Shown here: positions 16,859 through 24,374 of the stretch, piece by piece
How positions within the stretch are numbered: the stretch's first letter is position 1
Layout of the letters: each line of letters opens with the position of its first letter
Source of the DNA: Candidatus Velamenicoccus archaeovorus
GTDB taxonomy: Bacteria; Omnitrophota; Gorgyraeia; Velamenicoccales; Velamenicoccaceae
DNA: 32,000 bases
Direction of reading: 5' to 3'
NCBI RefSeq assembly: GCF_004102945.1
Contig: NZ_CP019384.1
Location: 240,001 to 272,000 of the forward strand
The notes under the pieces: generated by a model
What the model was told of the DNA's origin: nothing
The model's input: only the letters and a program-made list of their open reading frames with translations
Database searches by the model: none
Translations under genes and position numbers: made by a program

Positions 16859-17706
16859 AGATGCCGAATATCCCGAAGAAAATCAAGATTGTTGTCCTTG
16901 TGGGCGTTGTGGCGTTGATCGCAGCCCTGTCTTATCTTTACGGCGTTACCCAGCAGGAGAGGAACGCCAGGCTCCTCAAAGTCTCCGGCACGATCGAGGG
17001 CGACGACGTCCGCATCTCTTTTAGGGCCGCCGGCCAGATCCTGGAGCTCCTGACGGATGAGGGCAAGGTCATCAAGGAAGGCGATATCGTGGCACGCCTG
17101 AATACCGATGAGTTGACCAAGGTCAGGGATAATGCCAAGGCTACGCTCAACGCCGCCGAATACCAGTATTCCCTGGATAAGCTGGATTATGTCCGCGCCG
17201 AGAACCTTTGGAAGGCCGGCTCCATCTCGACCCAGAAACGCGACGAGGCCAAGACCAAGAACGATTCGAGCCGCGCCAACGTCGAGAAGGCGAAGGCGGA
17301 CCTTGAGCTGGCAGAGACCCGCCTTGGGTTTGCCGAGCTCGCCGCACCCTTGAACGGCTACGTCCTGGTCAAGAGCGCCCTTGCCGGCGAGGTGGTGCAG
17401 GTCGGCGCGCCGGTCTTTACGGCCATAGACCTCAACAACATCTGGGTGACCGCCTACATCAACGAAACGGACTTAGGGAAGGTCAAGCTCGACCAGGAGG
17501 CCTACGTGATGACGGACACCTACCGCGGGAAAAAATACAAAGGCAGGGTCTCGTTTGTCTCCAGCCAGGCCGAATTCACGCCTAAATTCATTCAGACGAC
17601 CACCGAGCGGGTCAAGCTTGTCTACCGCATCAAGGTCCGGGTGGACAACTCGAGTCTTGAGCTGAAGCCCGGCATGCCGGCGGACGCCTATATCATCCTC
17701 GAATGA
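16855..17706 (+). CDS. HlyD/YbhG-type periplasmic adaptor (membrane fusion protein)
   Basis: N-terminal TM (VVLVGVVALIAALSYL), lipoyl-like motifs (VSGTIEGDDVRISF, GDIVARL), a coiled-coil, and C-terminal LKPGMPADAYI. ATGA overlap with the tolC-like stop. Confidence 0.88.
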   Translation: MKMPNIPKKIKIVVLVGVVALIAALSYLYGVTQQERNARLLKVSGTIEGDDVRISFRAAGQILELLTDEGKVIKEGDIVARLNTDELTKVRDNAKATLNAAEYQYSLDKLDYVRAENLWKAGSISTQKRDEAKTKNDSSRANVEKAKADLELAETRLGFAELAAPLNGYVLVKSALAGEVVQVGAPVFTAIDLNNIWVTAYINETDLGKVKLDQEAYVMTDTYRGKKYKGRVSFVSSQAEFTPKFIQTTTERVKLVYRIKVRVDNSSLELKPGMPADAYIILE

Positions 17707-17707
17707 T

Positions 17708-18451
17708 ATGATCACCATCAGGACGCAGAACCTGACCCGGAAGTTCGGGGACCTTGTCGCTGTGGACAACCTGAACCTGCAGGTTGAGGAGGGCGAGATC
17801 TTCGGCCTCGTCGGCCCCGACGGCGCGGGCAAGACCACGACGATGAGGCTTTTGACCGGTATCCTGGACCCGACGTCCGGCGAGGGCTGGGTGTATGATA
17901 AGCACATCGTCAAGGAAGCCGAGCCCCTCAAGGAAAACATCGCCTACATGTCGCAGCGCTTCGGCCTTTATGAAGAGCTGACGGTCCTGGAGAACATCAA
18001 TTTTTACGCGGACGTCTACGGCATCGAAAAGGCCCACCGGCAGGAGACGATCGACAGGCTCTTGGGGTTTTCGGGCCTCCTGCCGTTCAAGCAGAGGTTT
18101 GCCGGTAAGCTCTCCGGCGGCATGAAACAGAAGCTGGGCCTGGCGTGCGCGCTGATCCACACCCCGAAAGTCCTCTTCCTCGACGAGCCCACCAATGGCG
18201 TCGATCCCGTCTCGCGCAGGGATTTCTGGAAGATCCTCTACGACCTCCTGAAGGAGAAGGTGACGATTTTTTGCTCCACGGCCTATCTTGACGAGGCCGA
18301 GCGCTGCAAGAGGGTGGGGATGATCCATAAAGGCCGGCTCCTGCATTGTGAAGAGCCGGAGAAGATCAAAAGACAATGGAACGCCAAGACGCTGGAGGAG
18401 GCGTTCATCGCCATCATCAAGGACGCCGAAAAACATGAACAGCGCGCCTGA
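17708..18451 (+). CDS. ABC transporter ATP-binding protein (ABC-2/YbhF-like, first ATPase)
   Basis: Walker A GPDGAGKTT, signature LSGGMKQK, Walker B VLFLDEP. Confidence 0.92.
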   Translation: MITIRTQNLTRKFGDLVAVDNLNLQVEEGEIFGLVGPDGAGKTTTMRLLTGILDPTSGEGWVYDKHIVKEAEPLKENIAYMSQRFGLYEELTVLENINFYADVYGIEKAHRQETIDRLLGFSGLLPFKQRFAGKLSGGMKQKLGLACALIHTPKVLFLDEPTNGVDPVSRRDFWKILYDLLKEKVTIFCSTAYLDEAERCKRVGMIHKGRLLHCEEPEKIKRQWNAKTLEEAFIAIIKDAEKHEQRA

Positions 18452-19388
18452 TATCATCGTCAGCGTCCGGGATTTAGAGAAGAAGTTCGGCAGCTTCACC
18501 GCCGTCAACAAGGTGAATTTCGAAGTCTGCCGCGGCGAGATCTTCGGGTTCCTGGGTCCCAACGGCGCCGGCAAATCCACGACCATCCGCATGCTCTGCG
18601 GCATTTACGCCCCGACGTCCGGCTCGGGCACTGTGGGCGGCTTCGACATCATCAACGAGCAGGGCAAGATCAAGGAAAACATCGGCTACATGTCCCAGAA
18701 ATTCTCCCTCTACGACGACCTGACCGTCGAGGAGAACATCGATTTCTATTCCGGCATCTACAACATTCCTCACGACAAGCGTAAAGAGAGGAAGGAAGAG
18801 GTGATCCGGCTGGCGGGCCTGGAGGATTTCCGCACGCGGCCGACCAAGGTCATCTCCGGCGGCTGGAAACAACGCCTGGCTCTGGGCTGCGCGCTCATCC
18901 ACCATCCCCGGATGCTTTTTTTGGACGAGCCGACGTCGGGCGTCGACCCGATCACGCGCGCCAACTTCTGGGCGATCATCAAGGACCTGGCCAACAACGG
19001 CGTCACGATCTTCGTGACGACGCACTACATGGATGAGGCTGAGAATTGCGACCGCATGGTCCTGATCTACCACGGTACGATCATCGCCATGGGCACGCCG
19101 GCCGAGATGAAGACCAAGTTCATGAAGAACGACGTCCTGGAGATCGTCGTCGGCGCCGCGCAGGACTGGATCGACGGGCTGGATGCGCTTGAGACGGTCA
19201 AGGAGGCGGCGCTTTTCGGCGCCAATATCCACGCGGTCGTCTATGACGCCGCCAAGGCGATCCCGGCCCTGAAGGCCTATCTGGCGTCCAAAGGCGCCGA
19301 CGTCGGGGACATCCACAAGATCATGCCGTCTCTCGAAGACGTCTTTGTTTCGGCCATCGAGAATTACGACAAGGAGCATGCATCGTGA
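18435..19388 (+). CDS. ABC transporter ATP-binding protein (second ATPase, with C-terminal extension)
   Basis: ATG 18435 overlaps the previous gene by 17 nt. Walker A GPNGAGKST, signature ISGGWKQR, Walker B MLFLDEPTSG. Confidence 0.9.
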   Translation: MNSAPDIIVSVRDLEKKFGSFTAVNKVNFEVCRGEIFGFLGPNGAGKSTTIRMLCGIYAPTSGSGTVGGFDIINEQGKIKENIGYMSQKFSLYDDLTVEENIDFYSGIYNIPHDKRKERKEEVIRLAGLEDFRTRPTKVISGGWKQRLALGCALIHHPRMLFLDEPTSGVDPITRANFWAIIKDLANNGVTIFVTTHYMDEAENCDRMVLIYHGTIIAMGTPAEMKTKFMKNDVLEIVVGAAQDWIDGLDALETVKEAALFGANIHAVVYDAAKAIPALKAYLASKGADVGDIHKIMPSLEDVFVSAIENYDKEHAS

Positions 19389-20521
19389 ACTTGAAAAGGG
19401 TCAAGACCATCGCCTGGAAAGAGTTCGTCCAGATCAAGCGCGACCCGCGCTCGCTAGCCCTGGCGCTGGGGATCCCGATCTTTCTTCTGGTCATCTTCGG
19501 CTACGGCCTTTCTCTGGACATCGACCGCGTGCGCACCGTCGTCTGGAACCAGGACGCGTCCTCCAAGGTCACGCGCGACTTTCTCCTGAATTTCAAGGAC
19601 TCCAAGTATTTCAAGATCGTCGCCTACACGGACAACTACAGGGACATCGAATACCGCATCGATTCCGGCGATGTGATGCTGGCGCTCGTCATCCCCAAGG
19701 ATTTCTCGCATTTTCTGGAGGCCGGCAAGACCGCGCCTTTGCAGTTGATCGTCGACGGCAGCGACGCCAATACGGCGACCATCGCCATGAATTACGTGCG
19801 CTCGGTGGTCGCCCAGTACAACGTCAACCTGATGACGAGCGCCATGGAGAGCCGCGGGATTGCGCCGCAGCGGACGGTGGACGCCCGCACGCGGGTCTGG
19901 TACAACATGGGACTGACCAGCACATGGTTCATCGTGCCGGGCGTTATCGCCATGATCATCATGATCATCTCGGGTTTGGTCACGTCTTTGTGCATCGCGC
20001 GCGAGTGGGAGAGGGGCACCATGGAACAGCTGATCGCCACCCCCGTCAAGGCGCCGGAGCTGGTTTTCGGCAAGTTCATCCCTTATTTCTGCATCGGGTT
20101 CTTCGATCTGATCGTCGGAGTGCTCATGGCGCGGTTCTTGTTTGCCGTGCCGTTCAGGGGGAATTATCTGACGCTGGTGTTCTTGAGCGCCCTGTTTTTG
20201 ACGGGCGCCTTGTCGCAGGGGATCTATATCTCGGTCGTCGCCAGGACACAGCTGATGGCGAGCCAATTGGCGAGCCTGACGACGCTCATCCCGACGATGT
20301 TGTTGTCGGGTTTCATCTATCCGATCTTCAACATGCCCAAGGCGATCCAGGCCGTGACGTATTTTGTGCCGGCCAAATACTACATCGTCATCCTGCGGGA
20401 GCTGTTCCTGAAGGCCGGAGGGCTTAGGGTCATGTGGGATGAGGCGACGTTCCTTTTCCTGTTCGCCTTTCTCATGCTTTTTTCGGCCATGAAGCGGTTC
20501 AAAAAGAAGGTCATCACGTAA
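19385..20521 (+). CDS. ABC-2 type permease (YbhS/YbhR-like)
   Basis: 378 aa. GTG start overlaps the upstream stop by 4 nt. N-terminal KEFVQIKRDPRSL, a large first periplasmic loop, then six predicted TM segments. Confidence 0.88.
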   Translation: MNLKRVKTIAWKEFVQIKRDPRSLALALGIPIFLLVIFGYGLSLDIDRVRTVVWNQDASSKVTRDFLLNFKDSKYFKIVAYTDNYRDIEYRIDSGDVMLALVIPKDFSHFLEAGKTAPLQLIVDGSDANTATIAMNYVRSVVAQYNVNLMTSAMESRGIAPQRTVDARTRVWYNMGLTSTWFIVPGVIAMIIMIISGLVTSLCIAREWERGTMEQLIATPVKAPELVFGKFIPYFCIGFFDLIVGVLMARFLFAVPFRGNYLTLVFLSALFLTGALSQGIYISVVARTQLMASQLASLTTLIPTMLLSGFIYPIFNMPKAIQAVTYFVPAKYYIVILRELFLKAGGLRVMWDEATFLFLFAFLMLFSAMKRFKKKVIT

Positions 20522-20528
20522 AACGCTT

Positions 20529-21656
20529 ATGTGGGAACGCGCCAAATCCATCTTCATCAAGGAATTCAAGCAGATCTTCCGGGATCCCCGGATGAAGACG
20601 ATCATCTTTATTACGCCGCTCATCCAAATCATCCTCTTTGGTTATGCCGCCAATAAGGACATCAATTTCGTCCCGACGGCGATCTTCGACAGGGACAACA
20701 CCAAGGAGAGCCGCGAGCTGTTGCGCGACTTTACGTATTCCAAATATTTCGTCCCCAAGTATTTCATCGATACCGAAGAGGCCGAGAACCTTGTCTTGGA
20801 CAAGGGCCAGGCGAGTCTCGTCATCCGCATCGACCGCGGCTACGGCCGCGACCTCGAAGCGGGCAAGGACGCCCAGATCCAGCTGGCCTACGACGGCACG
20901 GACTCCAACACGGCGATGGTGGTGATGGGCTATGCCAACACGATCATGCAGGATTACCAGTACAACCTTCTCAAGCAGGAAGCCCTGGAGCGCGGCGGCA
21001 TCAAATACGCCCCCGGCGTGGACCTGCGCGACCGGGCGTGGTTCAACGGCAACCTTATTTCGCGCAATTATTACTTGCCCGGCGTCATTGCGATTATCGT
21101 GACCATGATGTCTTTGCTTTTGTCGTCCATGGCCATCGTCAAGGAAAAGGAGATCGGCACGATGGAGCAGTTGATCGTCAGCCCCTTGCGGCCCATCGAG
21201 CTGATCTTGGGCAAGCTTTTGCCTTTCGGCATCATCGCCCTCGTGCAAGTTGTCCTGATCACCGCGCTCGGCGTCCTGTGGTTCCGCATCCCCTTGAGGG
21301 GGAATTCTTTGTTGCTGCTGCTTACCACCTGCATCTACTTGTTCACGACCCTGGGGATAGGGCTTTTCATCTCGACGATCTCCTCGACCCAGCAGGAGTC
21401 TATGATGTCGGTCTTTCTCTTCTATCTGCCGACGGTCCTGTTGTCCGGGTTCGCCTATCCCATTGCCAACATGCCCCAGGCCATCCAGATCTTTACCTAC
21501 CTCAACCCCTTGAGGTATTTTATGATCATCATCCGCGGCATCTTTTTGAAGGGCGTCGGCATCACGGTCCTCTGGCAGCAGATGGTGCCGCTGTTGTTCA
21601 TCGGGATGTGCGTCATCGTCTTGAGCACGCTCCAGTTCAAGAGGAAGATGGGGTAG
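20529..21656 (+). CDS. ABC-2 type permease (second, paralogous)
   Basis: 375 aa. KEFKQIFRDPRMK, with the same architecture as the preceding permease and clear paralogy (GTMEQLI.SP/TP, LSGF.YPI.NMP.AIQ). Confidence 0.88.
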   Translation: MWERAKSIFIKEFKQIFRDPRMKTIIFITPLIQIILFGYAANKDINFVPTAIFDRDNTKESRELLRDFTYSKYFVPKYFIDTEEAENLVLDKGQASLVIRIDRGYGRDLEAGKDAQIQLAYDGTDSNTAMVVMGYANTIMQDYQYNLLKQEALERGGIKYAPGVDLRDRAWFNGNLISRNYYLPGVIAIIVTMMSLLLSSMAIVKEKEIGTMEQLIVSPLRPIELILGKLLPFGIIALVQVVLITALGVLWFRIPLRGNSLLLLLTTCIYLFTTLGIGLFISTISSTQQESMMSVFLFYLPTVLLSGFAYPIANMPQAIQIFTYLNPLRYFMIIIRGIFLKGVGITVLWQQMVPLLFIGMCVIVLSTLQFKRKMG

Positions 21657-21750
21657 GCTCCCGTCCATCCCGCCATGGCCTTTTTTTGGGGGCGCAAGGT
21701 GGTTCATGGATGGGAAAAATGGGACCAACTCCAAGAAAGGAAGGGGAGAG

Positions 21751-21936
21751 ATGAAAGGGCTCAAGCTTAAGATTTTTCTTAAGATCTTGCTTCACGGCCT
21801 TCTGATCTGGATTTACACGTATTTGCTGGCGGATTTCGCCCTGAAGAACAATTATCCCAATTATGTTTTCGGCATCTTTGTATTAGGGGTTGGTCTCGGT
21901 TATTTCATCGCCAAGATCAGGTTTGAAAAAGAGTGA
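21751..21936 (+). CDS. Small hypothetical membrane protein (two predicted TM helices)
   Basis: 61 aa. ATG 21751 comes directly after AAGGGGAG. Sequence is MKGLKLKIFLKILLHGLLIWIYTYLL...VFGIFVLGVGLGYFIAKI. No recognisable family. Confidence 0.45.
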   Translation: MKGLKLKIFLKILLHGLLIWIYTYLLADFALKNNYPNYVFGIFVLGVGLGYFIAKIRFEKE

Positions 21937-21957
21937 CGGGACGTCAAGTGAATTTTC

Positions 21958-21986
21958 TTTACACCCCGTTTGAAATCTGGTAATAT
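21958..21986 (+). promoter_or_regulatory. Near-consensus sigma70-type promoter with no protein gene downstream
   Basis: TTTACA (21958-21963), 17-nt spacer, TAATAT (21981-21986). The next about 360 nt have no convincing ORF. Confidence 0.5.
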
Positions 21987-22010
21987 TTAGCCCTGTTTTG
22001 GGGCAAACTC

Positions 22011-22039
22011 CGTTAGAAAGAACCCCGTCCTTTCTAACG
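22011..22039 (+). repeat. Hairpin related to the CCCGTTAGAGAAC family (diverged copy)
   Basis: CGTTAGAAAG - AACCCCGTC - CTTTCTAACG, a 10-bp perfect stem. It shares CGTTAGA/TCTAACG with the copies at 26415 and 29242. Confidence 0.5.
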
Positions 22040-22230
22040 AAAAAGCCGCCGCGGGGCTTGTTTCGCACAACCGCCTTAAAACAATTCCACCCTTGGGTTG
22101 GCTTTTTAACGGGGTAAAATAAAGAGGGAGTTTTGGGCCGCCCTTCGCAGAGCGAAGGGCTTTGCTCAGGACGTAAACATTTTGGAATAACCTCGATGTG
22201 TCCAGAGGACGCAAATAGAGGTACAATCTT

Positions 22231-22247
22231 GGGCCGCTAGCTCAATC
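22231..22247 (+). other. 17-nt copy of the 5' end of tRNA-Lys (acceptor plus D arm), not a functional tRNA
   Basis: GGGCCGCTAGCTCAATC is identical to 22352-22368. The following sequence (TCGAGCCATG...) cannot complete a cloverleaf. Confidence 0.7.
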
Positions 22248-22304
22248 TCGAGCCATGTTTTTTGGCGAAGATCCGCCAACGTTTTAGTGGCGGAGGTAGA
22301 GTTG

Positions 22305-22313
22305 TGGTATATT
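22305..22313 (+). promoter_or_regulatory. Extended -10 element likely driving tRNA-Lys
   Basis: TGgTATATT lies about 39 nt upstream of the tRNA 5' end. The -35 is weak. Confidence 0.45.
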
Positions 22314-22351
22314 GGGGGAGAGGGTCATAGATAAGTAGCAAAGCATTATTC

Positions 22352-22424
22352 GGGCCGCTAGCTCAATCGGTAGAGCATCTGACTCTTAATCAGGGGGTTG
22401 AAGGTTCGAGTCCTTCGCGGCTCA
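22352..22424 (+). tRNA. tRNA-Lys (anticodon CUU)
   Basis: Manual cloverleaf: acceptor GGGCCGC/GCGGCTC, D arm GCTC-AATCGGTA-GAGC, anticodon arm TCTGA-CTCTTAA-TCAGG (anticodon CTT), variable GGGTT, T arm GAAGG-TTCGAGT-CCTTC, discriminator A. Confidence 0.9.
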
Positions 22425-22527
22425 TAAATTTTTGCGAAGCAAAAATTACCCCGAAGCCTGCGCAGAAAATTTTTGCCGACCCGTCATGGCGAAAATTTGC
22501 AAGCGCTTAGGCGAGGGGCCAGAGTCA

Positions 22528-22555
22528 AGCCACACGATTTCGTGTGGCTTTTTTG
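22528..22555 (+). terminator. Intrinsic terminator about 100 nt downstream of tRNA-Lys
   Basis: AGCCACACG - ATTT - CGTGTGGCT, followed by TTTTTTG. Confidence 0.8.
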
Positions 22556-22712
22556 TCGGATTCGAATACTGGGGGGTGGGTGAGAAGAAGCCCCTTGCCA
22601 AAGTCGCTCGTAAATTTCACGCGCAAGCACCAGAGACGCACGTGAAATTCACTTCGCCGTCTGCGGGGTGATTTCGCCGGAGGCGAAATCAGAATCACTC
22701 GCTTCACGTGTT

Positions 22713-22738
22713 TGATTGAAGCTCGGCTTCGATCAGTT
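22713..22738 (+). repeat. REP-like palindromic unit, copy A
   Basis: TGATTGAAGCTCGGCTTCGATCAGTT is identical over 26 nt to 26327-26352. It has an internal GAAGC-TCG-GCTTC stem. Confidence 0.85.
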
Positions 22739-22805
22739 GCTTGAGAAGTTTATCCAGGTCGGTGAGGCGGCCGGTGTCGAGCGCAGGCCAAAGGCCAGGC
22801 GAGAC

Positions 22806-22821
22806 TCGAGTCTTTCGCGGC
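22806..22821 (+). other. Degenerate copy of the 3' end (T arm/acceptor) of tRNA-Lys
   Basis: TCGAGTCTTTCGCGGC compared with tRNA 22406-22421 TCGAGTCCTTCGCGGC (15 of 16 identical). Confidence 0.5.
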
Positions 22822-22933
22822 CGGATCTGGATGGCTTCTGGCTGTCTTGATCAAGCAGGTCTACCCCTTTAGCCGCGATTATTGTATAATACTTGCACGT
22901 CATTCTTTTCGACCTTTTCGTCCGCGATTGAAC

Positions 22934-24271
22934 ATGAGATTTCGTGCCGTAGAGATGACAACGCCTCCTCAAAACGAACTCTTCCTCATCAATCCCTGCG
23001 CGTCGTATCGCCTGATCGACGCGATCCAGAATAGTTTTACCGGCAATCCTTTTCCGCACGCGCTGGTGACACTGGCCGCTTTGACCCCCGTCTCATACCG
23101 TGTCACCTTCATCAATAAAAAGATTTTCTGGAAGAAAAAAGATTTCAGCGCGGGCAAGCTTGTGGCGATCACGTGCTTGACGTCCGCGGCCCGTCATGCC
23201 TACCGGCTCGCCGACCGTTTTCGCCGCGCCGGTTCTAAGGTTGTTTTGGGCGGTCCTCATGTGAGCGCCTTGCCGCAGGAGGCCCTTCAGCACGCCGACA
23301 GTGTCGTGATCGGGGAGGCGGAGTCCGTCTGGAAGGACGTGCTGGCTGATTTTGAGGCGGGTAGGCTCAAGGCTCGATACCAGGGCGAGCCGCTGGAGGA
23401 TTTTTTTTCGCCCGTGTATGATTATTATCGCCGCATGGAACCGGCGTTCCTGAGCCGGCTGGGCCTTCATATCGACCGCGGGTGCAAGTATCGCTGCGAT
23501 TTCTGCGCCAGGATCTCGGAGTGGTGCCGTTCGATCAAAATGGAGCAGGTTTTACAGCTGGTCGAGAGGATCAAACAGGCGCCGCGCCCGTTTTATCTCA
23601 GAAAACCTTTTGTCGTTTTCCGTTGCGACAATATTTTTTCAAATCCCGCTTATACCAAGGAGCTTTTCCGGAAACTTGCGGCCTTCGGCGTCGACTGGGG
23701 GGCAAATTGTTCCATTGACATGTGTTTTGATGAAGAGGCCTTGCGTTTGGCCGAAGAGAGCGGCTGCCGGGTCCTTTTGATCGGCTTTGAGACCATCCAT
23801 CCCCACAAGTATAAGAAGACGTCCCTGCGGCAGGTGCGCAGCAGCGAAGATTACCTGACGGCCCTCGGGAATCTCCGGAGGCACAGGATCGGCGCGGTCG
23901 GTTCTTTTATCGTGGGGGCCGATGAGGACGGGCCGGCGGATTACCTCAAATTGCTGTGGTTCCTGGCCCGGGCGCGCCTGTGGCGTTCCTATCTTACGCT
24001 TCTGACGCCGTTTCCCGGCTCCAGGCTTTTTGAGAGGCTCAACGCCGAAGGCCGCATCTTTTCCTTCAACTGGACGCGGTATAATTTTTTCAACTGTGTC
24101 TATAAGCCGAAAAATATGCCTGTTTTTTCTCTTTACCTCTGGTTTTACGGGGTGTGTCTCGTCAGCCTTTTGTTCTCGCCGCAATACATCACCATGTATC
24201 TGGTGGCCCTGTTTCTCTATCAACTCAGCTATCACTTCAGCTACAACTTCGTGTCCTGGCTTTCGCGTTAA
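22934..24271 (+). CDS. B12-binding-domain (class B) radical SAM protein with hydrophobic C-terminal tail
   Basis: N-terminal Rossmann-like B12-type domain (KLVAITCLTSAARHAYRLADRFRRAGSKVVLGGPHVSALP). Cluster motif CKYRCDFC (CxxxCxxC). C-terminal LYLWFYGVCLVSLLF...MYLVALFLYQL. The start is uncertain (ATG 22934 or 22955; the ORF track gives 22847). A TATAAT lies at 22885-22890. Confidence 0.8.
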   Translation: MRFRAVEMTTPPQNELFLINPCASYRLIDAIQNSFTGNPFPHALVTLAALTPVSYRVTFINKKIFWKKKDFSAGKLVAITCLTSAARHAYRLADRFRRAGSKVVLGGPHVSALPQEALQHADSVVIGEAESVWKDVLADFEAGRLKARYQGEPLEDFFSPVYDYYRRMEPAFLSRLGLHIDRGCKYRCDFCARISEWCRSIKMEQVLQLVERIKQAPRPFYLRKPFVVFRCDNIFSNPAYTKELFRKLAAFGVDWGANCSIDMCFDEEALRLAEESGCRVLLIGFETIHPHKYKKTSLRQVRSSEDYLTALGNLRRHRIGAVGSFIVGADEDGPADYLKLLWFLARARLWRSYLTLLTPFPGSRLFERLNAEGRIFSFNWTRYNFFNCVYKPKNMPVFSLYLWFYGVCLVSLLFSPQYITMYLVALFLYQLSYHFSYNFVSWLSR

Positions 24272-24374
24272 GGGTTTGGGCCGGGCCCGCCTCTGGCAGT
24301 CTCGGCTTTGATCGGCATTGTTGCTTTTGTCGTTTGGCGGCATTTTCGCTGGATAAACAAGAACGAGCGGCAAG

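Noticed and set aside
21883-22226. Minus-strand ORFs of 61 and 79 aa in the non-coding region before tRNA-Lys.
   Set aside because: They have no SD and no family resemblance, and they overlap hairpins and the plus-strand promoter. I treat the region as candidate RNA or regulatory sequence instead.
22432-22671. A 79-aa ORF immediately downstream of tRNA-Lys.
   Set aside because: It runs straight through an intrinsic terminator (22528-22555) and several hairpins. It has no SD and no recognisable family. The region is better explained as structured non-coding sequence.
22733-23059. A 108-aa minus-strand ORF overlapping the 5' end of the B12 radical SAM gene.
   Set aside because: It has no SD, is K/R/S-rich and low-complexity, overlaps the REP-like unit and the tRNA-derived fragment, and would collide with the radical SAM promoter and start.
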